From a virus (Duplodnaviria > Caudoviricetes), in the IMG/VR virus record IMGVR_UViG_3300048121_000993, positions 22,369 to 86,368 of that record: DNA of 64,000 nt; one strand, given 5' to 3'. The position numbers and the translations under genes are program-made. The notes under the pieces are model-generated. The model was not told where the DNA came from and searched no databases. It saw nothing but the letters and a program-made list of their open reading frames with translations. Numbering within the stretch: position 1 is the first letter of the stretch; the number at the start of each line of letters is the position of its first letter. Shown here in pieces: positions 1-10,576 of this stretch.

Positions 1-39
1 ATTATAGACCTAAGTGCAGTAAGCGAAGGTTGGTCGGAA

Positions 40-525
40 TTGCCTAGCATTAACAGAGAAAAATACCAAGAACGTGATGGATTAGAAGGCCCATTTCCTA
101 CAAAATCAGGAAAAGTAGTTTACTATGATCCAAAAGAAGGCAAGTATTACGATCCGGACACTGACATTTATTTGTCATATGATGAATGGAAATCATTAGA
201 CGAAGCATACGGAACAGCAAATACAGCACAACCAAGCAGAGCAACTATTAGAGCTCAAGGTACTAAGCCATCAGGATCAGAAAGACGCTATAATAATACA
301 GCACAAGATCAAGCCAGAGATGCAACTGTAATACCTAGAACAGTAGCAGGTGCTCCTCCTCAAGGCAATGTAGCAACAGGACAAGGCGCATCGAGAGCCG
401 GTAGTGAAGATCCAGATGATATACACAGACAAGAAATTGAAGATTTAGCGGCTCAAGGTCAGGGCCAAGCAAATATAAACGCACAAGAAATTGAACGCCT
501 AAGACAATTGGCGATGGGGAAATAA
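40..525 (+). CDS. hypothetical protein (may start upstream of the window)
   Basis: Open frame at the window edge; stop abuts the next ATG. Confidence 0.6.
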   Translation: MPSINREKYQERDGLEGPFPTKSGKVVYYDPKEGKYYDPDTDIYLSYDEWKSLDEAYGTANTAQPSRATIRAQGTKPSGSERRYNNTAQDQARDATVIPRTVAGAPPQGNVATGQGASRAGSEDPDDIHRQEIEDLAAQGQGQANINAQEIERLRQLAMGK

Positions 526-735
526 ATGAAAAGCATTGAAACCCCAGGCGGAATTCCAACATTTATTTCACTTCACGAGTGTGCAATGTACGAAAACTTA
601 TTAGAACGTACATGCAAAGACGATTTATCAGAGCGTGAAGTTTACCTAATTCAAAGCCTAGTTAACAAAAATATTGTTAAAAAGATAGTGGAGAATAATA
701 AAGTATATTATGAACGCATGAGAGGGAGCCTATAA
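526..735 (+). CDS. hypothetical protein
   Basis: 69 aa ORF, translationally coupled (TAATG) to the next gene. Confidence 0.65.
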   Translation: MKSIETPGGIPTFISLHECAMYENLLERTCKDDLSEREVYLIQSLVNKNIVKKIVENNKVYYERMRGSL

Positions 736-1352
736 TGCCAACAGAAGAAGTAAAAGGAATGATGGATATCATTGCTAAATTAAACGAATCAGTTGCAACA
801 GAACCAACTGCTGCACAAAAAGTTAAAAACGAGAAAAATAACCCATCTCCTACTATGTTAGGTAGTGTTAGTAAAAATGCAGAAGGTATGCTAAGTATTT
901 TACAAAAATTAGACGAAGCAACTACGCAGGTTACTAAAGAGATAGTAAAAGAATCAGAGCATGATATTGAATTATCAGCGATAGATAAAAAAGGTGATAC
1001 TGTTAGAGTAAACAACTACGAAATTACAATGGAAAAAACAACCATTGTTCCAGGAATTAAAAAAACATTTTATAATATCAAAGAAGGTGATGAAATTATT
1101 CACAGTGAATTAGCATTGTTTGAAACAGCAATGGGTATTGTAAAAGGTTTACTATTTGACAATGATAGCAAAGTAAATAGACTATTAGAGTTAGATAACA
1201 GATACGCAAGTTCGTTGCAAGAAGCAGCAACGTATAAAATGAAGTGCAAAACCATTGTAGAGAGCAGTAAACACGATATTGCAATGGCAAAACAAGGTGC
1301 AGCTGTTTATAAGATGAAAGAAATCAAAAAACAGATCAAAAGTGCCCTTTGA
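735..1352 (+). CDS. hypothetical protein
   Basis: 205 aa ORF with phage-like codon use. Confidence 0.75.
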   Translation: MPTEEVKGMMDIIAKLNESVATEPTAAQKVKNEKNNPSPTMLGSVSKNAEGMLSILQKLDEATTQVTKEIVKESEHDIELSAIDKKGDTVRVNNYEITMEKTTIVPGIKKTFYNIKEGDEIIHSELALFETAMGIVKGLLFDNDSKVNRLLELDNRYASSLQEAATYKMKCKTIVESSKHDIAMAKQGAAVYKMKEIKKQIKSAL

Positions 1353-1354
1353 GC

Positions 1355-1361
1355 ATAAATA
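1355..1361 (+). promoter_or_regulatory. late-type promoter (ATAAATA, T4 late TATAAATA-like)
   Basis: Same motif recurs just upstream of genes at about 5000, 13509, 29773, 34868, 37860, 38844, 41993, 42445, 53541, 58997, 61578, 62024. Confidence 0.6.
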
Positions 1362-1395
1362 CAATATATAACAAAAACTCTAGTGGGGTAATAAC

Positions 1396-2154
1396 ATGGA
1401 ATTAAAACAATTAAACGTAAAGAATCTAAACAAATTAGATTCAACACTTAAAGAAGTATTTGGTACAAGTTTTAACTTTGGTGCTGGCAATGCCAAATTA
1501 ACTAAAGTAAAAACAGTTACTGAAACAAAAATTAAAGCACTACGTGAAAGTGGTGTAGAAGTAAACAATAAGCAATATCAGAAGTTATTGCTAATTCTGG
1601 AAGGTATAAACACAGCTATGGAAAACAATCCAATAATGGAAAATGAACTAGACCAAGCAGAAGTCCTTTTAGCAGCAAAAAATATGGCAGACGATCTACA
1701 GAAAATGGCTGAAAATTTAGCTAGTATGCAAGTAGAAGAGTTAATGAGTATTACAAATGCAATGAAAGAAGAAGTCGGTACAGCAGAAGCAGATGCGTTT
1801 AACACATCAGCAGAAGCGGCAATTGGCTCGGCTCTCGAAGCAGTAAAAACAGCAAACGCACAAGTGGCAGATGCAGTTTTAGTAGCTCAAGGTCAAGCAC
1901 CAGAATCAGACATGGGAATGGATGATACAAGTATGGATGCAGGACTTGATGACATTGAAGGCGACATTGAAGTAGCACCAGAAATGGACGACTTTGAAGG
2001 TGCCGATGCTGCAAGTGCAGAAACAGACGATGGTGGAAGAGAAATGAAAGAAGATGCATATCTCCAAGCACTAAGTATGGTAAAAGAAGCACAGGCCGAC
2101 GGTAAAGTTAACAAAGAAATTTTAAAACAAGCATTCGCGGTATTAAAGAAGTAA
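1396..2154 (+). CDS. acidic helical protein, possible prohead core/scaffold-type
   Basis: Ala/Glu-rich coiled coil with a very acidic C-terminal tract, after a late-type promoter; function inferred only. Confidence 0.5.
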   Translation: MELKQLNVKNLNKLDSTLKEVFGTSFNFGAGNAKLTKVKTVTETKIKALRESGVEVNNKQYQKLLLILEGINTAMENNPIMENELDQAEVLLAAKNMADDLQKMAENLASMQVEELMSITNAMKEEVGTAEADAFNTSAEAAIGSALEAVKTANAQVADAVLVAQGQAPESDMGMDDTSMDAGLDDIEGDIEVAPEMDDFEGADAASAETDDGGREMKEDAYLQALSMVKEAQADGKVNKEILKQAFAVLKK

Positions 2155-2158
2155 TACA

Positions 2159-2485
2159 ATGAGATACACTGATCTTTTTGAAATATCAGTAGTAGATTCA
2201 AAAGTAATTGATCTACTGTCTATATTAAGTAGCGAAGGAGTCGAAAGCATTCCACTTGACGCACTAGTTGGAGAACTAGTAGCAATGGGTGTAGATGTTG
2301 ATGACCAGTCACTGTTTGATGAATTAGACAACATACCTATTGTTAATAATATTAAAGATGGTATAGTGTATTTTAATACTGCAAGTATGGGTGCTAGCAA
2401 TTTAAATAAAGTTGACCCAGAAAAAAATAAGAAAAAAGTCAAAGCAATGGCTAAGAAACAAGTAGATAAAGAGTTAAGCAAATGA
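2159..2485 (+). CDS. hypothetical protein
   Basis: 108 aa ORF in operon. Confidence 0.7.
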   Translation: MRYTDLFEISVVDSKVIDLLSILSSEGVESIPLDALVGELVAMGVDVDDQSLFDELDNIPIVNNIKDGIVYFNTASMGASNLNKVDPEKNKKKVKAMAKKQVDKELSK

Positions 2486-3099
2486 GTGTAGGATTAAACG
2501 CAGCCCAGGCAAGATCAAAAGCATCACAGGATATGATTGTGTATAGAGAAACACAGGCTATCATGGAAGCTATTATCACCCAAAGCGGCTTAGGAAAATT
2601 TGAAGCGTCAGTTGACGATAGTACTACAATGACAGTTTCAACACCAAGTATACAAAGAATTGGTACAGTTAACACCCCCACAGTTAACGTAGGTGACACA
2701 CTTATCATTGACAGCTCTACTATAACACTTGGTACATCAGGAACTTCTCTTAACGCAATTATATCTGATATAAATGATGCAAGTGTTCCAGGTGTAACAG
2801 CATCTAAGGACGCAGGTTACTTAGTATTAACAATTGAAGATAGTGCAGGCGCAACATGGGAATATGAGATTGGTGCCGGAACAGCAAATGCTTCACTTGG
2901 ATTTGTCGCAGGTGTATACGCACTTCCAAATCCAACTAGTGTAGAATATTACACAGTATGGCAAGGATCAGCAACTGATCGTGCTATTCAAAATCAAATG
3001 GCACAAGTAATAAAACACTTTGCAGACTTAGGATATAAAATTGAAAGATTAACAAATTCGTCTACTAATAGAACGTTTAAATGGTACGTGTATTGGTAG
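2482..3099 (+). CDS. putative virion structural protein
   Basis: Thr/Ser/Gly-rich beta-type sequence in a late operon. Confidence 0.5.
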   Translation: MSVGLNAAQARSKASQDMIVYRETQAIMEAIITQSGLGKFEASVDDSTTMTVSTPSIQRIGTVNTPTVNVGDTLIIDSSTITLGTSGTSLNAIISDINDASVPGVTASKDAGYLVLTIEDSAGATWEYEIGAGTANASLGFVAGVYALPNPTSVEYYTVWQGSATDRAIQNQMAQVIKHFADLGYKIERLTNSSTNRTFKWYVYW

Positions 3100-3103
3100 T
3101 AGT

Positions 3104-3478
3104 ATGCTTTCGCCAGTACACAAGCATATCATCCTAAGAATTGAAGCAAACAAGCCACCATTAGAAGATGAACTCAAAGCGTGGATGATTGAACTCGTGG
3201 ACAAAATTGGTATGAAAATACTAGAAGGTCCTATCTCAGCAAACATAGATTATATGCCCGGTAACAACGGACCAACTTGTGTTGTTATTATTGAAACATC
3301 ACACTTTGCTTGTCATGTATGGAATGATGTTGACCCAGCACTAATACAACTAGATGTATACACATGTGGACCATTTGACCCAAATGAAGTATTAGAACAC
3401 ATAAAGATTTGGGACCCAGTGAAAGTAGAATACAAATATTTAGACAGAGAATTTGGACTAACAGAAATAGAAATTTAA
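3104..3478 (+). CDS. speD: S-adenosylmethionine decarboxylase proenzyme (pyruvoyl type)
   Basis: GPTCVVIIETSHFACHVW and LDVYTCG match the AdoMetDC cleavage-site and C-terminal motifs. Confidence 0.8.
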   Translation: MLSPVHKHIILRIEANKPPLEDELKAWMIELVDKIGMKILEGPISANIDYMPGNNGPTCVVIIETSHFACHVWNDVDPALIQLDVYTCGPFDPNEVLEHIKIWDPVKVEYKYLDREFGLTEIEI

Positions 3479-3479
3479 T

Positions 3480-4295
3480 ATGAAAATTGCATTTATAGGT
3501 GATAGCTATATGGCCTATGACCAATATGAACAAGAAGAAAACTCTTGGACTTGGCTATTATCACAGCACTTCCGACAACACAAATATTATAATTACTCAC
3601 TTGGCGGTAGAGGATACGACTACTATCGGCTAGCATTACTGGATGCAAAAATAAATGATGTTGATGTTATAATAACTAGCGATACATTTAATCATAGAGT
3701 AATGATGCAAGCAGGTGACGGAGATGGAACTTTTGTAGAAGCACCAACTAGTAACCCCCATTATACACTAAAATGCCACTATAATCATTTTTGGAAAAGT
3801 GGACAGGGTAAAACCAATGGGGCAGGTATAGGCACAGCACCTATTCCATCTAGTATACTACCTCAACTAAACACTGCATTAGTAGTTAAGCAAACTTCAG
3901 AAGACTATCTAAGATATAATCAATTATGGTTTGATAACATTAATAAACTTTATAACTTTAAACATATAATAAAGTTATCTTTAATGTTCAACCCAAACGA
4001 TATCAAAGGGCAAGACATGGGAGGCGCAACATGGGAAATGACCAACCATTTTGGCGTTGAAAAATATATTTCCGAACAACTATTCCTACACGACTCTAAT
4101 AAACCTAATGAACTTGATAAAATTATGCAAGACAAAAAAGTTGACCCAATGACAGCACATGGCATACTTAAAAATGAGTTATTAATGAAACATGATTTAA
4201 TTGTTTCAATGGACGACGATCATTGGAGCCCTAAAGGAAATAAATGGGCATTTGATAACTATATTTTACCAAAAGTCGTTGACATCCTGTCTTAA
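3480..4295 (+). CDS. SGNH/GDSL hydrolase-like protein
   Basis: N-terminal IAFIGDSY; C-terminal DDHWSPKGN (DxxH block). Confidence 0.65.
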   Translation: MKIAFIGDSYMAYDQYEQEENSWTWLLSQHFRQHKYYNYSLGGRGYDYYRLALLDAKINDVDVIITSDTFNHRVMMQAGDGDGTFVEAPTSNPHYTLKCHYNHFWKSGQGKTNGAGIGTAPIPSSILPQLNTALVVKQTSEDYLRYNQLWFDNINKLYNFKHIIKLSLMFNPNDIKGQDMGGATWEMTNHFGVEKYISEQLFLHDSNKPNELDKIMQDKKVDPMTAHGILKNELLMKHDLIVSMDDDHWSPKGNKWAFDNYILPKVVDILS

Positions 4296-4307
4296 TTATA
4301 GTATACT
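4279..4307 (+). promoter_or_regulatory. sigma70-type early promoter
   Basis: TTGACA-17 nt-TATACT. Confidence 0.65.
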
Positions 4308-4313
4308 TTATGT

Positions 4314-5003
4314 ATGCCTAAAATTATAAATCAATACCCATATCAAGAATTTAAACGAACTAGTGTAGACGGTAAGCGTCTATATCAAAATCCTTGGGGC
4401 GATCCAGTTCCAAGTGTAACAACAATCCTAAGTGCTACACAACCAGCAGAAAAGCGACAAGCGTTAGCAAATTGGCGTAAGCGTGTTGGTACAGAAGAAG
4501 CACAGCGTATTACAACAACTGCCGCAAATCGTGGAACAGTTATGCACAATATATTAGAACATTGGGCATTAGGAGAATACGAAACATATAACCCAGGAAA
4601 CAATATAGTACATCAACAAGCTAAAGCAATGGCACAAGTGGTTGTGGATAACATTGAAAATGATATTGATGAAATATGGGGTACAGAAGTAAACTTAGTA
4701 GCAAAAGAATTGTATGCAGGCACAACAGATTTAGTTGGTGTATACAAAGGCGAAGCAACTATTATGGACTTTAAACAAACAAATAAACCTAAAAAGCGTG
4801 AATGGATTGATGATTATTTCCTACAAGGCGCCGCATACGCAAACGCACACAACGAGATGTATGGCACTGATATTAGCCGTATTGCTATCTTTATGTGTAG
4901 TGGCGATTGTGAATGGCAACTGTTTGAAAGTGACCCAGAAGATTTCAAAGATTGGGAAATGAAATGGGCTCAAAGGTTAGAAAAATTCTATCGCTTATCA
5001 TAA
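4314..5003 (+). CDS. PD-(D/E)XK exonuclease (Cas4/RecB-like phage family)
   Basis: PSVTTIL, RGTVMH, YAGTTD, MDFKQ, YFLQGAAY motifs. Confidence 0.8.
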   Translation: MPKIINQYPYQEFKRTSVDGKRLYQNPWGDPVPSVTTILSATQPAEKRQALANWRKRVGTEEAQRITTTAANRGTVMHNILEHWALGEYETYNPGNNIVHQQAKAMAQVVVDNIENDIDEIWGTEVNLVAKELYAGTTDLVGVYKGEATIMDFKQTNKPKKREWIDDYFLQGAAYANAHNEMYGTDISRIAIFMCSGDCEWQLFESDPEDFKDWEMKWAQRLEKFYRLS

Positions 5004-5027
5004 ATACATTAACATAAGGAAACAATA

Positions 5028-5804
5028 ATGGCAACAACAAACGCAAGAATCACTGCAAGAAAAGGAGTCCTATCTTCTCTCCCTATTTTACTTCCGGGCG
5101 AGTTAGGTCTTGCTACTGATCATCAACGATTATTCATAGGACAAGAACCAATTACAGGTGTATGCGATATTACTGCAAGCACAAATACTACAGCAAAAGT
5201 AGAATTTACTTCTGCAAATGGTGATGTAATTGATATGGATTTAATGGCGCCATTAGACAACTATTCATATAGCATAAAAATTAATCCAGACACTGATAAC
5301 ATAGATATATCGGCTAGTAATATCACATTTACTGATTCAAAAGCATCATTTACTCATGGACTGGTTGATACAGGTACACCACCAGCAGCAAGACTTCCTA
5401 CAAACAGTGATGTATTTGTACTTTATTATAATAAAGAAGTTGGCTATCATGCAGAAGCGTTTCCTAATCCAACACAAGAAATTTCCTTTACTGCTTCCGC
5501 ATCGGGAGTAGCACAAGCAACAGGTATAGAGTTTTTATGCGACAATAAAGAAAGTGTAATAATTGAATACACGCTAAGTACAAGTTCAGCATCAAGGCGA
5601 GGCACATTAACTATGCTACTTGATAACGCATCAGGAGTACCAACAACAAGCTCTATTAAAGATGAGTTTGATATTAGTACAGGTGCAATTCCAGTTGAAT
5701 TTAGTTTAACTGATAACAGTACAGATAAATTTATCCTTAATTTTAAAACAACAGATATAGTAAACGCACATACATTTACATATGTGCAAAAATCATTTAA
5801 GTAA
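5028..5804 (+). CDS. putative virion/tail-associated protein
   Basis: N-terminal RITARKG..LPILLPGELGLATD resembles the Mtd/hyaluronidase-type N-terminal module; late-type promoter. Confidence 0.55.
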   Translation: MATTNARITARKGVLSSLPILLPGELGLATDHQRLFIGQEPITGVCDITASTNTTAKVEFTSANGDVIDMDLMAPLDNYSYSIKINPDTDNIDISASNITFTDSKASFTHGLVDTGTPPAARLPTNSDVFVLYYNKEVGYHAEAFPNPTQEISFTASASGVAQATGIEFLCDNKESVIIEYTLSTSSASRRGTLTMLLDNASGVPTTSSIKDEFDISTGAIPVEFSLTDNSTDKFILNFKTTDIVNAHTFTYVQKSFK

Positions 5805-5809
5805 ATTAA

Positions 5810-6244
5810 ATGAAAGACACGTGGCAATTACCGCTGAAACCTAGACTTCGTAGGTGGCGCGAATTAAGAAAAGAAATAGTAGAAGTTTCAGATAAAAATG
5901 CACAACTAAGAGTTGTAATTGATTTTTGGAAAACTACGCCCTTGGGTACTAGAGTTATTGATCCGTATGATCACACTACATGGCCTAATCCTTGGGACTT
6001 GCTAAATACAAATCACTACGATGAAAATGTTGTAGGTTTGTGTATGGCATACACTCTACATTATTGTGATATTCCTTGTAGAATATTACATGTACAAAAT
6101 GTGGAAAATAGTGAAATAAAGTTAATAGTTTTAGTTGACAATATGTACATTTTAAACTATAATTATGATACTATAAACACAAAAGAAGTAATGAATGAAT
6201 TCAATGTACTTACTGAAATTGAAGTAAGTACCTTGGTAAAATAG
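5810..6244 (+). CDS. hypothetical protein
   Basis: 144 aa ORF. Confidence 0.7.
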   Translation: MKDTWQLPLKPRLRRWRELRKEIVEVSDKNAQLRVVIDFWKTTPLGTRVIDPYDHTTWPNPWDLLNTNHYDENVVGLCMAYTLHYCDIPCRILHVQNVENSEIKLIVLVDNMYILNYNYDTINTKEVMNEFNVLTEIEVSTLVK

Positions 6245-6281
6245 TTTTTTAAAACTATAAACGAAAGAAATTGGATGAATA

Positions 6282-8603
6282 ATGGGTAAAGATATAACAA
6301 TATTAAAACGCGATGGATCTCGCGAAGAATTAGATCTAGAGAAAATGCATAAAGTCGTATTTTATGCATGTAATGATGTAGCAGGAGTAAGTGCAAGTCA
6401 AGTAGAATTAAAAAGTCATTTACAATTCTATAACGGAATTGAAAGTGCAAATATTCAAGAAACACTAATTAAAGCGGCAGCTGATCTTATTAGTGAAGAG
6501 ACTCCAAATTATCAATGGGTAGCAGGCAGATTAATTAACTATCATTTGCGAAAGATAGTTTATCAATCTTTTGAGCCTCCTCATCTTAAAGAGATAGCAC
6601 TTAAAAATGTAGAACTAGGTTATTACGATAAAAGTTTTTTCTCCGTTTATAGCGAGGAAGAAATTGATCAACTAAACAATTACATTAAACACGACAGAGA
6701 TGAAAACATTACATATGTTGGCATGGAACAGTTTCGTGGAAAGTACTTAGTACAAAATCGTGTTACAGGTGAAATATTCGAAACACCGCAGATTGCATAC
6801 ATGATGATAGCCGCAACACTGTTTGCCAGTTATCCAAAAGAAACAAGATTAAAATATGTAAAGGAATACTATGACGCTATTAGTAATTTTGATATTAGTT
6901 TACCTACTCCTATCATGGCCGGACTCCGCACGCCGCAACGTCAATTCAGCAGTTGTGTACTTATTGAGACCGATGATAGTCTTGACTCTATTAATGCTAC
7001 TAGTAGTGCTATTGTAAAATATGTAAGTCAAAAAGCAGGCATTGGAATTGGTGCAGGCAGTATCCGTTCAATTGGAAGCCCAATTAGAAATGGTGACGCA
7101 TCACACACAGGTGTTATTCCATTTTTTAAACTATTCCAAAGTTCAGTTAAGTCATGCTCACAGGGTGGAGTACGAGGTGGAGCAGCAACACTATACTATC
7201 CAATTTGGCATATGGAAGCAGAAGAATTACTTGTTCTAAAGAACAATAAAGGTACAGAAGATAATCGTGTAAGACACATGGACTATGGAGTACAGTTTAA
7301 TAAACTTATGTACGAGCGTCTACTCACAGGCGGAGATATTAGTTTATTTTCACCAAGTGATGTTCCGGGTCTATATGAGGCCTTTTTTGATGATCAAGAC
7401 AAATTTAAAGAATTATATGAAGAAGCAGAGCGTACAGTAACACGAAAGAAAGTTATGCCAGCGGCAGAACTATTTGGACAGTTTATGGAAGAACGCAAAA
7501 ACACAGGACGCATTTACTTAATGAATGTGGATCATGCAAATACACATGGAGCGTTTAAGCCCGAAGTAGCACCTGTTAAGCAAAGCAATTTATGTTGTGA
7601 GATTAATTTGCCTACTAAACCGTTATCTTTTTTCAGTGACGAACAAGGCGAAATTAGTTTATGTACATTAAGTGCAATCAATTGGGGTAACATTAAATCT
7701 CCAAAAGATTTTGAACGAGTATGTAGACTTGCAGTGCGTGGACTAGATGAACTGTTGGATTATCAAAAGTATCCAGTATTAGCAGCAGAACTAAGTACAA
7801 TGAAAAGACGCCCGTTGGGTGTTGGTATTATTAACTTTGCATTTTGGTTAGCAAAGCATGATTTAAACTATCAAGACATTGATAATGATGGATTAGCATT
7901 AGTAGACGAATGGGCAGAGGCTTGGAGTTATTACTTAATTAAAGCAAGTGCAGATTTGGCTATTGATAAAGGAAACATTGATGGTATATATGAAACAAAA
8001 TACGGCGATGGAATTACTCCTAATCAAACATACAAAAAAGAATTAGATGAGCTAGTACCTCACAAAGAAAGACAAGATTGGAAAGGATTGCGTAAACAAC
8101 TTAAAGCAACAGGTATCCGTAATTCAACTCTAATGGCACTTATGCCTGCTGAAACATCAGCACAAATTAGTAATAGCACAAACGGTATTGAACCGCCTCG
8201 TGCATTTGTTAGTGTTAAGCAAAGCAAACACGGAGTACTAAAGCAAGTGGTTCCTGGTTATCCACGCTTAAAGAACAAATATGACCTACTGTGGGACCAG
8301 CGTAGTCCAGAAGGTTATTTAAAAATTATGGCAGTATTACAAAAATATATCGATCAAGGTATCAGTGTTAATACAAGCTATAACCCAGAATTCTATGAAG
8401 ATGAAAAGATACCAATGAGTGTCATGTTACAACATCTTGTAATGTTCTACAAGTATGGTGGTAAGCAATTGTATTACTTTAATACATTTGACGGACAGGG
8501 TGAAATTGATTTTGATAAGAAAAATAAAGAAGAACTATTAGGAAGAGATAGTTTTGAATCAGACGGCGAATATGAAGACTACTGTGATAGTTGCACAATT
8601 TAA
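6282..8603 (+). CDS. nrdA: ribonucleotide reductase class Ia alpha subunit
   Basis: ATP cone (KRDG), QFSSCVL, SNLCCEI, ALMPAETS, C-terminal CDSC; uninterrupted. Confidence 0.97.
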   Translation: MGKDITILKRDGSREELDLEKMHKVVFYACNDVAGVSASQVELKSHLQFYNGIESANIQETLIKAAADLISEETPNYQWVAGRLINYHLRKIVYQSFEPPHLKEIALKNVELGYYDKSFFSVYSEEEIDQLNNYIKHDRDENITYVGMEQFRGKYLVQNRVTGEIFETPQIAYMMIAATLFASYPKETRLKYVKEYYDAISNFDISLPTPIMAGLRTPQRQFSSCVLIETDDSLDSINATSSAIVKYVSQKAGIGIGAGSIRSIGSPIRNGDASHTGVIPFFKLFQSSVKSCSQGGVRGGAATLYYPIWHMEAEELLVLKNNKGTEDNRVRHMDYGVQFNKLMYERLLTGGDISLFSPSDVPGLYEAFFDDQDKFKELYEEAERTVTRKKVMPAAELFGQFMEERKNTGRIYLMNVDHANTHGAFKPEVAPVKQSNLCCEINLPTKPLSFFSDEQGEISLCTLSAINWGNIKSPKDFERVCRLAVRGLDELLDYQKYPVLAAELSTMKRRPLGVGIINFAFWLAKHDLNYQDIDNDGLALVDEWAEAWSYYLIKASADLAIDKGNIDGIYETKYGDGITPNQTYKKELDELVPHKERQDWKGLRKQLKATGIRNSTLMALMPAETSAQISNSTNGIEPPRAFVSVKQSKHGVLKQVVPGYPRLKNKYDLLWDQRSPEGYLKIMAVLQKYIDQGISVNTSYNPEFYEDEKIPMSVMLQHLVMFYKYGGKQLYYFNTFDGQGEIDFDKKNKEELLGRDSFESDGEYEDYCDSCTI

Positions 8604-8615
8604 GGAAACACATGA

Positions 8616-9743
8616 ATGACAATTTTAAACACAAAAAATGAAAAATACCACACTGAATGTAATGCATTTCTAGATGGCCAATTAGGCTTTCAACGATATG
8701 ATACTGTGAAATACAAACAGTTTGATAAACTAACTGATAAACAGTTGGGATTCTTTTGGCGTCCTGAAGAAGTGGATGTTAGTAAAGATTCACAGGATTT
8801 TAAAAATCTCACAGAGCATGAACAACATATCTTTACAAGTAATCTCAAAAGACAAATCCTACTAGACAGTGTACAGGGCAGAGCACCAGTAGAAGCATTT
8901 GGACCTATTGTAAGTTTACCAGAACTAGAAAACTGGATTATGACTTGGACATTTAGTGAAACAATTCACTCACGCAGTTATACACATATTATTCGTAACA
9001 TTTATTCTAATCCTACTGTAGTATTTGACGAGCTAATGGACAGTAAAGAAATTACAGACTGTGGTGATGATATTTCAAAATACTATGATGAGCTTATTGA
9101 ATTATCACAATACTACCAATTGTTAGGTGTAGGTAAACACAAAGTAAACGGTAAAACAGTTGAAGTAGATGAATATGAATTAAAGAAAAAGATTTGGTTA
9201 ACAATGAATAGTGTTAACATTTTAGAAGGAATTCGTTTCTATGTAAGTTTCGCATGCTCCTGGGCATTTGCAGAACTTAAAAAGATGGAAGGCAATGCTA
9301 AGATTATTAAGTTTATTGCCCGTGACGAAAACGTACACTTAGCAAGTACACAGTACTTGTTATCAAAAGTGTTAACAAAAGAAGACCCAGACTTCCTAAA
9401 GATTGCAGAAGAATGTAAAGATGAAGTAACACAAATGTTCGTTGATGCAGTTGAACAAGAAAAAGAATGGGCAAACTATTTGTTTAAGGATGGATCAATG
9501 ATTGGTCTTAATGCACAGTTGTTGAGCGATTACATTGAATGGATTTGTTGTAAGCGTATGATAGGACTTGGCATGAAGTGTCCTTATACAACTTCACAAG
9601 CAAACCCACTACCATGGACACAAAAATGGATTAGTGGAGCAGAAGTGCAAGTAGCACCACAAGAGACAGAGATTAGTTCTTATATTATTGGCGGTGTGAA
9701 AAAAGATGTAAGTGAAGATACATTTTCAGGGATGAGTTTATGA
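8616..9743 (+). CDS. nrdB: ribonucleotide reductase class Ia beta subunit
   Basis: FFWRPEE, ETIHSRSY, EGIRFY, RDENVH, VAPQETEISSY. Confidence 0.97.
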   Translation: MTILNTKNEKYHTECNAFLDGQLGFQRYDTVKYKQFDKLTDKQLGFFWRPEEVDVSKDSQDFKNLTEHEQHIFTSNLKRQILLDSVQGRAPVEAFGPIVSLPELENWIMTWTFSETIHSRSYTHIIRNIYSNPTVVFDELMDSKEITDCGDDISKYYDELIELSQYYQLLGVGKHKVNGKTVEVDEYELKKKIWLTMNSVNILEGIRFYVSFACSWAFAELKKMEGNAKIIKFIARDENVHLASTQYLLSKVLTKEDPDFLKIAEECKDEVTQMFVDAVEQEKEWANYLFKDGSMIGLNAQLLSDYIEWICCKRMIGLGMKCPYTTSQANPLPWTQKWISGAEVQVAPQETEISSYIIGGVKKDVSEDTFSGMSL

Positions 9744-9991
9744 TTACAATTTATGGAAAAACACAATGCGGTTATTGTGACGCCGCTAAAAGGTTATGCG
9801 AGTCTAGAGGTTTAGATTTTGAATACAAGCAGTTAGATAAAGATTTCACAAGAGAAGTTATGGTAGAAGAATTTCCAACTGCCAGAACATTCCCACAGAT
9901 TGTTGTTAGTGGCAACAAAATAGGTGGGTACGATCAACTAGTCAAGTACATTGAAGATACAAACTACAATGGCACTGGACATTCACTATAA
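9740..9991 (+). CDS. nrdC: glutaredoxin
   Basis: CGYC, RTFPQI, IGGY motifs, directly after nrdB. Confidence 0.9.
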   Translation: MITIYGKTQCGYCDAAKRLCESRGLDFEYKQLDKDFTREVMVEEFPTARTFPQIVVSGNKIGGYDQLVKYIEDTNYNGTGHSL

Positions 9992-10001
9992 AGGATAATA
10001 T

Positions 10002-10301
10002 ATGTTAATAGAAGCACAATACAAAGTAGGTGATGTAATAAGTATCAAACTTTCTTCAGGTGAAGAAATGATTGCACGTTTTGAAGATGAAAACGATGAT
10101 GTAGTTACAGTTGTTAAACCTTACATTTTAATTGCAGCACAGAACGGAATGGCATTAGCGCCATATATGTTTACAATTGCACCGGATACTAAAGTAAAAT
10201 TAAAGATAAATAATGTTATATGCGTAGTTAAGTCAGCAAAAGATGCCAGCGATATGTATATTAAACAAAGTACAGGAATAGCTCTTGCCACAAGTTCATA
10301 G
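10002..10301 (+). CDS. conserved phage hypothetical (Sm-like beta fold likely)
   Basis: IKLSSGEEMIAR...YIKQSTGI pattern typical of T4-like phage small proteins. Confidence 0.6.
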   Translation: MLIEAQYKVGDVISIKLSSGEEMIARFEDENDDVVTVVKPYILIAAQNGMALAPYMFTIAPDTKVKLKINNVICVVKSAKDASDMYIKQSTGIALATSS

Positions 10302-10575
10302 AAATGGAGATTCACGTAGTTGCGGTGCAAGTACAACTGCATCAAACAACTCTAACGTGTTTGTAAACAACCAACCAATCAGTGTTAGCGGTGATCCAAA
10401 TACGCATGGCGGTGGCAACTTAAATGCATCCAACAATAAAGTCAAGGTTGGTGGAATCCTAGTTGTCCTTAACGGCAACGGTGCTGAACCAGATTCATTA
10501 TGTCCATTACCGGGCGGAGCTCATTGCGGTCCTTCTGCAACTAGTGGTAGTCCAGATGTGGAAATAGGGGCATAG
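10285..10575 (+). CDS. PAAR-motif baseplate spike tip protein (gp5.4-like)
   Basis: VHRNGDSRSCG, VFVNNQP..GD..H, SGSPDVEIG; TTG start. Confidence 0.8.
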   Translation: MPQVHRNGDSRSCGASTTASNNSNVFVNNQPISVSGDPNTHGGGNLNASNNKVKVGGILVVLNGNGAEPDSLCPLPGGAHCGPSATSGSPDVEIGA

Positions 10576-10576
10576 C

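Noticed and set aside
4314-5003. Cas4-like nuclease as sign of a CRISPR system
   Set aside because: No repeat-spacer array or other cas genes seen; solo exonucleases of this type are common in phages
6282-9743. Introns or inteins in nrdA/nrdB
   Set aside because: Both ORFs are continuous and of normal length
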